Shown in pieces: positions 15,900 through 25,702 of a stretch of DNA of 64,000 bases; the stretch's first letter is position 1; every line of letters begins with the position of its first letter. The translations under genes and the position numbers were made by a program. Below the pieces are notes generated by a model. The model had not been told where the DNA came from, searched no databases, and was given only the letters and a program-made list of their open reading frames with translations. Origin of the DNA: a virus; the IMG/VR virus record IMGVR_UViG_3300008266_000014, positions 1 to 64,000 of that record; one strand, 5' to 3'.

Positions 15900-16336
15900 T
15901 ACTTGATTCCTAGCTCGTTTTCAGTCATGATCTGAAACTTCCATTTCCTATCTTCGCAAAATTTCCTGGCATAATGCCACTTAGAACTATTTATTCCCCA
16001 GGTCTTGACTTCTTGAAGATAAGTCTTCGTCATTCTTTTCTGTGGTTTTGGCGCCTCAGTCTGTTTTTTGGGTTTGATCTCTACAACAATTACTTCTACA
16101 AGCCCCTGCCTGTTTCTTTTTTTAATCCAGAAATCAGGGAAGTATCTGTGCATTCTATTGTCAATGGGTGATAAATATGGAATGGAAAATTCTTCACTTG
16201 CCCACTCAATCACATCTGGGTGGGTGTCAAGATACCCCATGAACCTACACTCCCAGAGAGAGCGATAAATAATATTACAAGGATTACCTCTGTATTTTGA
16301 GGGGTTTCTAGGTTTAAATATACCTTTGTAACTCAT
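15899..16336 (-). CDS. 4: head completion nuclease gp4
   Basis: YKG.FKP.NP.KY.G, YRSLWE, HRYFPDF, EIKPKKQT. Confidence 0.93.
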   Translation of the reverse strand: MSYKGIFKPRNPSKYRGNPCNIIYRSLWECRFMGYLDTHPDVIEWASEEFSIPYLSPIDNRMHRYFPDFWIKKRNRQGLVEVIVVEIKPKKQTEAPKPQKRMTKTYLQEVKTWGINSSKWHYARKFCEDRKWKFQIMTENELGIK

Positions 16337-16345
16337 AGGAAAAAA

Positions 16346-17329
16346 ATGATAGTATCTAAAGAGTTGGGGACAAGTGCTGTTCCTCCAAAAACAGATGGAG
16401 CAAATTCCTCCCTACCTGATAAAAAAGTAGAACAAAAAAGAACAAGTCTGCTAACATCCATTTCCCCTCTTGTATTTCCGTCAGATTTGAGAGATGAGTT
16501 TTACATTGAGTTCAACGCGTTTTCCTGCAATCAAGACAGGCCCCAAGAAGCTAAACGAACTTTTAGTTTTGAAAAGTCGATATATCTCCCGTTCCCTGCA
16601 ACGCTGACTGATCAGTATGGTGCTTCATATAGTAGAGAAGATCTTTTTTTTGGTGGTGAGTTTATGAAAAATTCACTTGATTCTCTCATGACTACAAATG
16701 GTACGAAGAGTGTATCTAACCTATTCGGTAACGGTGTTGCTGATCGTGCAGGAAACATTGCTGCGGATGTTGCTAACAGAATTGGGCAGTCACCAACACA
16801 AGCAGCTGCAGCAGCTGGGACATATTTATTAACTGGGGTAGGTGGTCCGATAGGTGCTGCAGCCAAGGCTGCCTTTAACGTCACAACAAATCCTTATCCA
16901 GTAATGATATATCAAGGAACTGGGTTCAAGAGCTTTGGATTTTCATGGACGTTCTATCCAGAGTCTAAACAAGAAACAGATGTAATTAAAAAAATTATTG
17001 GGTATTTCAGAAGAGAGATGCTTCCAGAGAGAGTTGAAAACATGCCCTCAATATTAAAATACCCAGCTATTTTTGAAGTTTCTGTTCAGCCAGAACTTAA
17101 ACAATTTAAGAGGTGTGTTATTACTAATATTGATGTGAATTATACAGCAGCAGGAGGACCAGCATTTGTAAAGGAATTCCCAGTAAAGAGTTCAGACTTC
17201 ATTGAAGCTGCAGCTATCTCTCTTACTATACAAATGCAAGAGATAGAAATATGGCTAGCAAATGATTTTTATCCTGATGAAGGCAATGATTTTGATTTTA
17301 TAAAAACAAAACGTCGTAGAAGAGCATAA
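16346..17329 (+). CDS. 48: baseplate tail-tube cap gp48
   Basis: IYLP.P, NP.....Y.G..F.SF.FSW.FYPES..E, YP..F, CVITNIDVNY. Confidence 0.8.
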   Translation: MIVSKELGTSAVPPKTDGANSSLPDKKVEQKRTSLLTSISPLVFPSDLRDEFYIEFNAFSCNQDRPQEAKRTFSFEKSIYLPFPATLTDQYGASYSREDLFFGGEFMKNSLDSLMTTNGTKSVSNLFGNGVADRAGNIAADVANRIGQSPTQAAAAAGTYLLTGVGGPIGAAAKAAFNVTTNPYPVMIYQGTGFKSFGFSWTFYPESKQETDVIKKIIGYFRREMLPERVENMPSILKYPAIFEVSVQPELKQFKRCVITNIDVNYTAAGGPAFVKEFPVKSSDFIEAAAISLTIQMQEIEIWLANDFYPDEGNDFDFIKTKRRRRA

Positions 17330-17331
17330 CA

Positions 17332-18195
17332 ATGGCAGATAATTATTTTCTACACCACCCAACGATAACATATAGTAATACTACAGTAAGAAATATAATT
17401 TCTAGAGTGGTATTTTCAAAAGAAAATGATACGAATTATTACACTTATCATCCATACACGATAGTAGAGGGTGATAGAGCAGACACGTTGGCGTACTTGT
17501 ACTATGATGATCCTGGGTATGATTGGGTAATATATTTTAGTAACCTTGTTGTTGATCCATATTTTGAATGGCCTTTAGATTCGAGATCTTTTAAACGATT
17601 TGTAGAAACAAAATACGGCTCTTTGACCAATGCTCGATCAAAAATAAAGTTTTACAGAAATAATTATCTAAATGACACGTCAACAATAACAACTTCTGCA
17701 TACAACGCTCTTTCTGAAAAACAAAAACGTTTTTGGGTTCCCGTAGTAGGTAGTAACGGCCAGATCGTAAACTACGAGAGAAAGAGAGAAGAAATTAATT
17801 TTAATACCAATAAAACTTTATCCCTTTCTGTATCTGTTGTTGGTAACACACAGTTCATCACAGACGAGCAAGTTAAACAGACAAGTGGTGGCGTTGTAGT
17901 GGCACTTGGGAGTGTCAAGTTAGCTAACTCTTCCGTTGTTATACTCGATGATATTCAAGGAAGTTTTTCCAATACTTACAACTTAGTAGGAGTTACGAGC
18001 GGTGCTAACTCTACTGTTTCTTCAGTTGTGACGATTTCTACCAGTATTGATCCAACAATTCAAAATTATTTCACACCAGTTACTTTCTATGAGTATGAAG
18101 AAGAACTTAATGAACAAAGAAAGAACATAAGATTGTTGGACTCTTCATATGTCACTGATCTTGAAGAGAAATTTAAGGAACTGCTGCGATCATGA
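17332..18195 (+). CDS. 53: baseplate wedge protein gp53
   Basis: YF...P.I.Y, GDRADTLAY.YY.D..YDWVI, WPL, YEYEEELNE.RK.I. Confidence 0.88.
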   Translation: MADNYFLHHPTITYSNTTVRNIISRVVFSKENDTNYYTYHPYTIVEGDRADTLAYLYYDDPGYDWVIYFSNLVVDPYFEWPLDSRSFKRFVETKYGSLTNARSKIKFYRNNYLNDTSTITTSAYNALSEKQKRFWVPVVGSNGQIVNYERKREEINFNTNKTLSLSVSVVGNTQFITDEQVKQTSGGVVVALGSVKLANSSVVILDDIQGSFSNTYNLVGVTSGANSTVSSVVTISTSIDPTIQNYFTPVTFYEYEEELNEQRKNIRLLDSSYVTDLEEKFKELLRS

Positions 18196-19490
18196 TTCTT
18201 CGCCCAGGACAGTGTGACATTAAAGAGATATCTTTATCTAATAATGATGGAGATGTTAATTTTGATAGATCAAGAGGTTTACTGAATTATATTCAGACTG
18301 TAGACATATTTGAATCAATTTACACCCCATACATCACTGCTGATGTTACACTAACGGATGGTACTAGCCTTAAAGAAAGCTTAAACCTATCTGGTGGTGA
18401 AAATTTTAATATCAAGTTTGTTGGTTATGGGAATGACGACCCTCTCACGTATAATTTAAAACTAGGAGAAGTTAACGGAGTAATGACAGCTCAAAATCTT
18501 CGCAGCAAGATATACTCAATGAGAATGTACAGTGGTGAATATTTACTCAATTCAGCAAAAACTGTTGCCAAGAGCTACAGCACATCAACAAAAAATATTG
18601 TAACTGATATTATTTCTAATGTTCTTGCAAGTAAAAAAAGCATTACCGTGGATGACACAAAGGATTTACCAGTTATTATCATACCTTATCTCAATCCTTT
18701 CACTGCACTGTCTTTTATTCGTCAGAGATCAGTAAGTCAAAGTGATATTTCCAGCCCAATTCTTTTTTTTGAAAATCAAAAAGGATACTTTTTTGTTTCT
18801 ATAAACACAATATTTAATAACAACGGTGCAGGCTCAAATGAGTTGCAGACATTTTTTCAGCGAGAAGGAATATCATCAAACATAAAGGGATCACAAGGTT
18901 CTATAAGTGATTCAAATTCACATAAGTTATTTGCAAATTACACTGTTCAAACCCCAGTAGACGTAACTAATCTTCTTGACGAGGGAGGTATCAACTCTGT
19001 TGTAGCTGATTACGACATCAACACAAAAACATACAGAAGAAGATTATTCACAAACAGTCCAAGCAATGCTTCTTTTGTTGATTTTACTAATAGAAAGAAT
19101 AGTCTTATAACTAACAAACTTTTTAATGATTATTCTCAATACGTTTCAAAAGGATTTCTCATTCCCTTTGCAAAGTATAAGGATGTGAATGATCCAACAA
19201 CAAATTTTTTGTATGATTCTCTAGCAGAAAAATACAGCTATACAAACATACTAACCCAACAAAAGACTTATATTGATATTCCTGGAAACACAAAAATTAT
19301 GGCTGGGAGTATTATCAATCTTGAAGTGCCAAGACATGACTCCATGTTCGACAACAAGGAAAAAAATGAAGTTGAAAGCGGCAAATATCTTGTATCATCA
19401 GTAAGACATTCAATAAGTGTTTTGGTGGATTCAAAGTATGATACACATCTTGAACTTATTAGATATGGCAGAGGGGTTCTCACTAAATGA
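18192..19490 (+). CDS. baseplate hub protein (gp27-like)
   Basis: IFESI..P, FFEN..GY.F, SGKYLVSSVRH; lies between gp53 and gp5. Confidence 0.65.
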   Translation: MILRPGQCDIKEISLSNNDGDVNFDRSRGLLNYIQTVDIFESIYTPYITADVTLTDGTSLKESLNLSGGENFNIKFVGYGNDDPLTYNLKLGEVNGVMTAQNLRSKIYSMRMYSGEYLLNSAKTVAKSYSTSTKNIVTDIISNVLASKKSITVDDTKDLPVIIIPYLNPFTALSFIRQRSVSQSDISSPILFFENQKGYFFVSINTIFNNNGAGSNELQTFFQREGISSNIKGSQGSISDSNSHKLFANYTVQTPVDVTNLLDEGGINSVVADYDINTKTYRRRLFTNSPSNASFVDFTNRKNSLITNKLFNDYSQYVSKGFLIPFAKYKDVNDPTTNFLYDSLAEKYSYTNILTQQKTYIDIPGNTKIMAGSIINLEVPRHDSMFDNKEKNEVESGKYLVSSVRHSISVLVDSKYDTHLELIRYGRGVLTK

Positions 19491-20389
19491 CAACAGCATA
19501 CTTAGGAGAAGAAGGGTTTAGATGGTTCATTGGAAAAGTAGAGGATAGAAACGATCCTAAAAAAATAGGAAGGGTACGAGTCAGAATATATAATGTTCAC
19601 CCATTTAAAGAGGATGGTACTTCTGATACTGTAAATGTGCCCACTGCTCATCTTCCATGGGCTACACCAATATCATCAATAATGAGTGCAGGAATTATAA
19701 GTGATACGACAAATGATGGGGTCGGTATCAGTGCCGTTGGATTAATGGTTGGATCCACTGTGTTTGGTTTTTTTGCTGATGGTAACGATTGCCAGATGCC
19801 TATTGTGTTGGGATCTTTGGCTGGCTTATCTGGTGGCGATGAGCTAAGTGAACTTCCAAAATCTTCTATAGAAGAGAATTCTGTTGGAGCTCAGAAAAAT
19901 AAGACTAGAGTTAGTCCATACTTACCATTCCCAGGAGAGCCACCTTCTCCGTACCAAGCTAAATATCCCTATAATAAAGTAATGAGGACGGAATCAGGTC
20001 ATTTAATCGAAGTTGATGATACTCCCAACAAGGAAAGAATCCACATCCATCATAAAACTGGTACATACCTAGAAATGGATGATAGCGGTCAGGTAGTCAT
20101 AAAATCAGTAGATCAAAAATTTGACATTACAACAAAAGATAACAATGTTTATGTTGGTGGGAATGTGAATATGTTTGTGAGTGGAAATATTAATACCAAA
20201 GTCGGCGGTTCATATTCTCTTGATGTTACTGGTAACATTAATATCAACGGACGTGTTATTAATCTTAATAGGGGCGTGAATGGTGCTGCTCGTTTAAATG
20301 ATACTACGTTGGATAGCGACAGCGAGACGAACGGACCAGATTCAGGAAAAATTACATCTTCTTCCACCACAGTATTAATTGGGGATTAA
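19487..20389 (+). CDS. 5: central spike gp5 (OB-fold plus beta-helix, no lysozyme domain)
   Basis: WFIGKVEDRNDP..IGRVRVR, LPWA, VFGFFADG, YPYNKV..TESGH..E.DDTP. Confidence 0.92.
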   Translation: MTTAYLGEEGFRWFIGKVEDRNDPKKIGRVRVRIYNVHPFKEDGTSDTVNVPTAHLPWATPISSIMSAGIISDTTNDGVGISAVGLMVGSTVFGFFADGNDCQMPIVLGSLAGLSGGDELSELPKSSIEENSVGAQKNKTRVSPYLPFPGEPPSPYQAKYPYNKVMRTESGHLIEVDDTPNKERIHIHHKTGTYLEMDDSGQVVIKSVDQKFDITTKDNNVYVGGNVNMFVSGNINTKVGGSYSLDVTGNININGRVINLNRGVNGAARLNDTTLDSDSETNGPDSGKITSSSTTVLIGD

Positions 20390-20815
20390 ATGGCTGTTAC
20401 ATACGCAGATAAATTTACAACAACACCTCTATACAACGAGAGGTTTAGTGATTTTTATAGCAATCTAGGCAAGAATTTTGGTACCGGGGATGTTGCTCGG
20501 ATTACCAATGAAGAATCAATTTTTAGTTCACTTAGAAACATTGTACTAACCAGGAAAGGGGAAAGGCCATTCTTTCCAGAATTTGGTTGTAATATAACTT
20601 CCCTGCTTTTTGAAAATTACAACCAATTCACACAACGGGCTGTGGAGACGGAAGTTCGAACTGCGATAGAAAACTTTGAACCTAGGGTATCACTAATTCG
20701 TCTCTTAGTAAATGGACAGCCAGATGAAAACACCGTAGATGTGTCGCTTTATTTCACCATAATAAATAGACCAGAAACTTTTTCACTAAGCTTCCTTCTT
20801 TCAAGAATAAGGTAA
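20390..20815 (+). CDS. 25: baseplate wedge protein gp25
   Basis: NIVLT.KGERPFFPEFG, IENFEPRV. Confidence 0.93.
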   Translation: MAVTYADKFTTTPLYNERFSDFYSNLGKNFGTGDVARITNEESIFSSLRNIVLTRKGERPFFPEFGCNITSLLFENYNQFTQRAVETEVRTAIENFEPRVSLIRLLVNGQPDENTVDVSLYFTIINRPETFSLSFLLSRIR

Positions 20816-20816
20816 A

Positions 20817-22607
20817 ATGGCAAATTCTTCAATTAATCTAGTTGACTTAGATTTTAATGCTTTAAAGGCATCATTCAAAGATTATCTTGCTTCTCAGTCA
20901 AGATTCAAAGATTATAACTTTGAAGGGTCGAACATCAGCGTTCTTCTTGATGTACTTGCCTACAATACGTACCTCAATAGCTTTTATCTCAACATGGTTG
21001 CTAGTGAAATGTTTCTTGATAGTGCCCAACTAAGAGATAGTGTTGTCTCACATGCCAAGGAGTTGAATTATCTGCCTCGTTCATTCGTATCATCTGTTGC
21101 AAACGTCAATATATCTATTACACCTTCTACTGCTCAATCGTCTGTCACCATCCCTGCAAAAACATCTTTTACATCAAGGCTTGGTTCAAACACGTATACG
21201 TTCACCACAAAAGAATCCGTCGTGATTAACACAAGCAACAGTGGAGTTTTTTATGCAAACAGTGTATTGCTGTACGAGGGTGGGTATGTTACTGACAGCT
21301 TTGTAAGGAACACATCTGCTGATAACCAAAGATATATTTTAACAAACCCCAATGTTGATACTTCTAGTTTAGAAGTAACTGTTACTGAAGATGGGGGAAG
21401 TAGTGTGTACACATATACCCAGGCATTCTCTTTACTTGATATCATATCCACATCACAAGTTTTCTTTGTTCAGGCTTGTGAAAATGAGCAATATGAGATA
21501 ATTTTTGGTAATGACTTTTCTGGGAGATCTCCAAGAAACGGAGCTGTGATTGATGTAACATATAGGGTGTCTAGTGGAGAGCTACCAAATGGTACCGATA
21601 ATTTCATTAACAATTCAAGTATTGATGGACATTCGAATGTTTCAATAACAGTTAATCAGGATGCGTTTGGTGGGGCTGTTTCTGAATCAGTAAGCTCAAT
21701 TAAATTCAATGCACCTAGAAGCTTTGCAACCCAGGAAAGAGCTATCACAGAAAACGACTATAGATCATTATTGTTGCGAAGGTTTCCAGAAATTCAGGCT
21801 ATATCGGTATTTGGAGGTGAGAAAGAAGATCCTCCTCAGTACGGTAAAGTTTTCCTAGCCATAGACATAAAAGATTCTGACGGTATACCAGATACAAATA
21901 AATTTAATTACGTGGATTACCTTTCAGATAAAGTCCCGTTAGGAATAACACCAGTAATTGTATCCCCTGGTTTCGTATATTTGTCTGTAGAATCAACGGT
22001 AAAATACGACTATAACAGCACTACATTATCAAGTGGAGAGATTAAAACCACAGTGCTTAATGCAATCAATCAATTCAACGAGACGTATCTAAATGACTTC
22101 AACAAGACTTTTAGATTCAGTAATTTTGTTTCGGCAATAGATAGTAGTAATCTGTCAATCATCAACAACGACACTTTTGTTAGCCCATATTTTTTACTGT
22201 CTCCTACAATTAATACCGCAAGTAGTTTTTCAGGTTCGTTCAACACTGCTATTACAGTAGCAGTTCCCACTACTAAAACTCACTCAGATATTGATCCTGT
22301 GAAAGGAATATACTCGTCTCCTTTTGTTGTAAATGGACTGAGTTGCATTCTAGAGGATGATGGGGAAGGTAATATTCGTCTTGTGAAGGTTACCGATGAT
22401 ACTCACTTAGAAATATCCAAAGTAGGAACAATTGATTATTTAACAGGTACCTTTGCTATTTCCGATCTCAATGTTTCTAGTTATTCAGGTAACGGTATTA
22501 AACTCTTTGCGGATCCAGTTTCTCAAGATTTTAGTGTAACTCTCAAAGATATTTTAAAGATTAATATGTCTGACGTAATCGTCAACGTTGTTCAAGATAG
22601 AAGATGA
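20817..22607 (+). CDS. 6: baseplate wedge protein gp6
   Basis: LDF..LK, DYNFEGS, LAYNTY, FLDSAQLR.SVVSHAK.L.Y.P, QERAIT..DY. Confidence 0.95.
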   Translation: MANSSINLVDLDFNALKASFKDYLASQSRFKDYNFEGSNISVLLDVLAYNTYLNSFYLNMVASEMFLDSAQLRDSVVSHAKELNYLPRSFVSSVANVNISITPSTAQSSVTIPAKTSFTSRLGSNTYTFTTKESVVINTSNSGVFYANSVLLYEGGYVTDSFVRNTSADNQRYILTNPNVDTSSLEVTVTEDGGSSVYTYTQAFSLLDIISTSQVFFVQACENEQYEIIFGNDFSGRSPRNGAVIDVTYRVSSGELPNGTDNFINNSSIDGHSNVSITVNQDAFGGAVSESVSSIKFNAPRSFATQERAITENDYRSLLLRRFPEIQAISVFGGEKEDPPQYGKVFLAIDIKDSDGIPDTNKFNYVDYLSDKVPLGITPVIVSPGFVYLSVESTVKYDYNSTTLSSGEIKTTVLNAINQFNETYLNDFNKTFRFSNFVSAIDSSNLSIINNDTFVSPYFLLSPTINTASSFSGSFNTAITVAVPTTKTHSDIDPVKGIYSSPFVVNGLSCILEDDGEGNIRLVKVTDDTHLEISKVGTIDYLTGTFAISDLNVSSYSGNGIKLFADPVSQDFSVTLKDILKINMSDVIVNVVQDRR

Positions 22608-25600
22608 AAGAGATAGAAGATAGCATAAGTGTTCTTGTACAGAACCATTTTCCAGAGTTTTACAAGGAAGAGGGTGATACGTTCGTGGCTTTTGTCAAAG
22701 CATATTACGAGTGGGCCCAGCAAACCAACAACCACGTATATTTTGCAAGAAATCTTTTAGAATATAGAGATATTGATAAAACTATTGATGATTTCCTTGT
22801 CCACTTTAAGGAAAAATATCTGGTAGAAGCTCCCGTATCATATGATACAACAAGACAAAATATTAAAAATTCTTTAGACTTTTATCGATCAAAAGGAACC
22901 AAAAGAGGCACTGAACTCTTTTTTAAAGAAGTTTTAAACTCATCGGAAGTAGATGTTTATTTTCCTGGAAAGGATGTTCTATACGCTTCTGATGGAGAGT
23001 GGTTTGTTCCTGTATATCTAGAGGTATCACTATCGGATAAAACTAAGACATTTGTTGGAAAGCAAATAACTGGATCATTCTCTGGTGCTACAGCTTTTGT
23101 TGAAAGCGTAGGGCGAAAAGCTGTTGGTGGTAAGTTTTTTGATGTGGTTTTTATTTCTAACGTGAGAGGTAGCTTTCAGTATGAAGAAGTTATAACATCA
23201 GATGGAGTTCTTGAAAACTGTCCAAAAGTCATCGGTTCTTTAACCAACATTACGATAAACGATTCTGGTAGAAATTTTAATGTTGGTGATGTTGTAAACA
23301 TAGTTTCTTCACAGACAGGGAAACAGGGAAAGGCTAGAATTGATTCAATTGAATCTTCCACTGGAAAGGTATCATTTGATCTTCTTGACGGGGGAACTGG
23401 TTACAGAATAACGACTATTCCTCTCATTTCCGAAAAAACAATAAAAATAAACAGTGTTAGTTCTACGAATACGTATGTTACTTTCTTCACACCTGATGAG
23501 ACAATATACCAGCCACTTGCTAACCTAGTATTTAATACGTCTAATGCTTATTTTGATGTAGGTAATTTAATCACCTTTTCCAACTCTACTGCAAATGTAG
23601 CAACAGGGAGATTGGTGGGGACTACTCAGGTAGAAATATCTGGTGTTGCAACAAGCAATTCGACTTCAAATCTTGTTATTGGAACTGGTACTTCCTTTTC
23701 CTCTGAACTTGATGCCAATGACTATATTAGATTCAGCTCGTGTACATCTGTATTTCAAATAAACTCTATATCTAATGATACCCATCTGTATTTAACTACT
23801 AATGGTACTAATGTGGTTTCTAATACACTCACTATGGCAAATGGTGTCATGCTGTTAGTACCTGTTTCTGGTAATTTTACCCTAGCTGATAGAATTGCAA
23901 ATACAACAGCACTGGTGTCTTCCTACTCCAATGTAACAGCATCTGGAAAGTTTGTTGGTGGCAATACGACGTTTATTGGTCTTTATAATGTTAGTAATAC
24001 TTTCACAGCTAATGGGTATAACTACATCTATGGAGCATCATCTAATGTTTATGCCAACGTCGAGATAGTGGGTACTGGATCTGGTGCTACCTTTAGTATT
24101 GGTAGTTTATCTGATACTGAAACAGTGTATTTAAATTTGGATATAATTAGTGAAAATAACGCTATTGTTACAACTCAGCTCACTGGAACAGTTACGTCCA
24201 ACTCAACTAGCCCAGATGTTGTAGGGACAACAACTCTATTCTCAACAGAGCTTTATGATGGTGCTTATGTGAAGTTTTCTGGAAATACTCTAGTGTTCCA
24301 GGTAAACGCAATTACAAATAATACGTTTCTTTCTCTTAAAACCAACGGACCAGATGCAACATCAAACACCATCTCTATAACCAATGGGACGTATCTCTCC
24401 ATCCCACTTAACTGTTTGAAGTATGGATTTCCAAAATCTCTTAACTCAAATTCCACTACAATCATCAACAATGCTTTAACAAAGAATAGTTATACTTTGG
24501 GAACTATTGCTTCTTTAGCACAAATCAACCCTGGTAATAATTACAGCATTTCTCCAGTAGTAAGAATTAGGGATGATGAAATAGTTGGATTTGATAGAAG
24601 AAATTTAAATCTTGTTATTTCTGGGACGAGTGGAGTGTTTGTTGTTGGGGAGGAGCTGACACAGGACTTTTCAGATCCAGGTTTTACTTTGGAGATAAGT
24701 GGATCCAATACTGCAATATCTGTTACCGAAACCATTACTCAGCAGATAAACAACACATCTAATGCATACGGAGAAGTATCTTCTTCTAATCTATCAGTGA
24801 TTGTTGTTTCGACCAGCTCGAACTTTGTTAATTCTGCTTTGGGATCCAACCTGACAGGAACAATAACCTCAAACACAACAAGTCCTAGAGTTAATGGTTC
24901 TTCAACACTATTCTCGAGTGAAGTCACCGCTGGGGATTATATTAAATTTTCTGGAAATTCATTAATTTTCCAAGTTAACAATGTAGTTAGCGACACGGAG
25001 CTGTACCTAACAACAAATAGCTCATTATTAACTGCTGGAAACACATACGCTCTTGCTACAAATGTGGCAATAGGAATGACATCCAATACTAAATTTTTTG
25101 TAAATACAGCAATATCAAACAATATCCTTTCTATTTCCAGAGGTACAGTACTTTCAGTATCCAATACGTCACTGAATGTAAAAAGGAAGACATTTAATCA
25201 GTCATTCACACCAGGGGTTCTAATAACTGGAAGCACGTCTGGGGCATCTGCTAATGTTACATCAGTAACACAGATAGAAAATTCTGCAGTTATGGGTAAT
25301 AATGCAGTAGTGAATAGTTACGCTGGAATTGTAGAGGGATCAATATCTGGCATTAATGTGATCGACTCTGGTTTTTCATATGAAAACGGTGAGTCAGTAA
25401 ATATCGTTGGATCAAACACTTTATATATCGCTACTGGGTATGCTAATCTGATAAACCAAGGTGTCGGTGAAGGGTTCTTCAAATCCACAAAAGGATTTTT
25501 GAATAGTGATAAATACCTTCACGATGGGCATTTCTATCAGTTCTATTCATATCAGGTTAAGTCTCCACTCCCATTAAATGAATATTCTGAGACGCTCAAG

Positions 25601-25702
25601 AAATTCATGCACGTAGCAGGAATGATTTTATTTGGTAACGTATTCAAAACCAGTGTTGCCAATGTTACGATATCTTCTTTAGGTGTGACAATAGAAACAT
25701 GA
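22604..25702 (+). CDS. 7: baseplate wedge protein gp7-like, with inserted repeated beta domains
   Basis: FVKAYYEW, FYRSKGT and C-terminal D..FYQ.YSY.VKS...H.AG; lies between gp6 and gp8. Confidence 0.75.
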   Translation: MKEIEDSISVLVQNHFPEFYKEEGDTFVAFVKAYYEWAQQTNNHVYFARNLLEYRDIDKTIDDFLVHFKEKYLVEAPVSYDTTRQNIKNSLDFYRSKGTKRGTELFFKEVLNSSEVDVYFPGKDVLYASDGEWFVPVYLEVSLSDKTKTFVGKQITGSFSGATAFVESVGRKAVGGKFFDVVFISNVRGSFQYEEVITSDGVLENCPKVIGSLTNITINDSGRNFNVGDVVNIVSSQTGKQGKARIDSIESSTGKVSFDLLDGGTGYRITTIPLISEKTIKINSVSSTNTYVTFFTPDETIYQPLANLVFNTSNAYFDVGNLITFSNSTANVATGRLVGTTQVEISGVATSNSTSNLVIGTGTSFSSELDANDYIRFSSCTSVFQINSISNDTHLYLTTNGTNVVSNTLTMANGVMLLVPVSGNFTLADRIANTTALVSSYSNVTASGKFVGGNTTFIGLYNVSNTFTANGYNYIYGASSNVYANVEIVGTGSGATFSIGSLSDTETVYLNLDIISENNAIVTTQLTGTVTSNSTSPDVVGTTTLFSTELYDGAYVKFSGNTLVFQVNAITNNTFLSLKTNGPDATSNTISITNGTYLSIPLNCLKYGFPKSLNSNSTTIINNALTKNSYTLGTIASLAQINPGNNYSISPVVRIRDDEIVGFDRRNLNLVISGTSGVFVVGEELTQDFSDPGFTLEISGSNTAISVTETITQQINNTSNAYGEVSSSNLSVIVVSTSSNFVNSALGSNLTGTITSNTTSPRVNGSSTLFSSEVTAGDYIKFSGNSLIFQVNNVVSDTELYLTTNSSLLTAGNTYALATNVAIGMTSNTKFFVNTAISNNILSISRGTVLSVSNTSLNVKRKTFNQSFTPGVLITGSTSGASANVTSVTQIENSAVMGNNAVVNSYAGIVEGSISGINVIDSGFSYENGESVNIVGSNTLYIATGYANLINQGVGEGFFKSTKGFLNSDKYLHDGHFYQFYSYQVKSPLPLNEYSETLKKFMHVAGMILFGNVFKTSVANVTISSLGVTIET

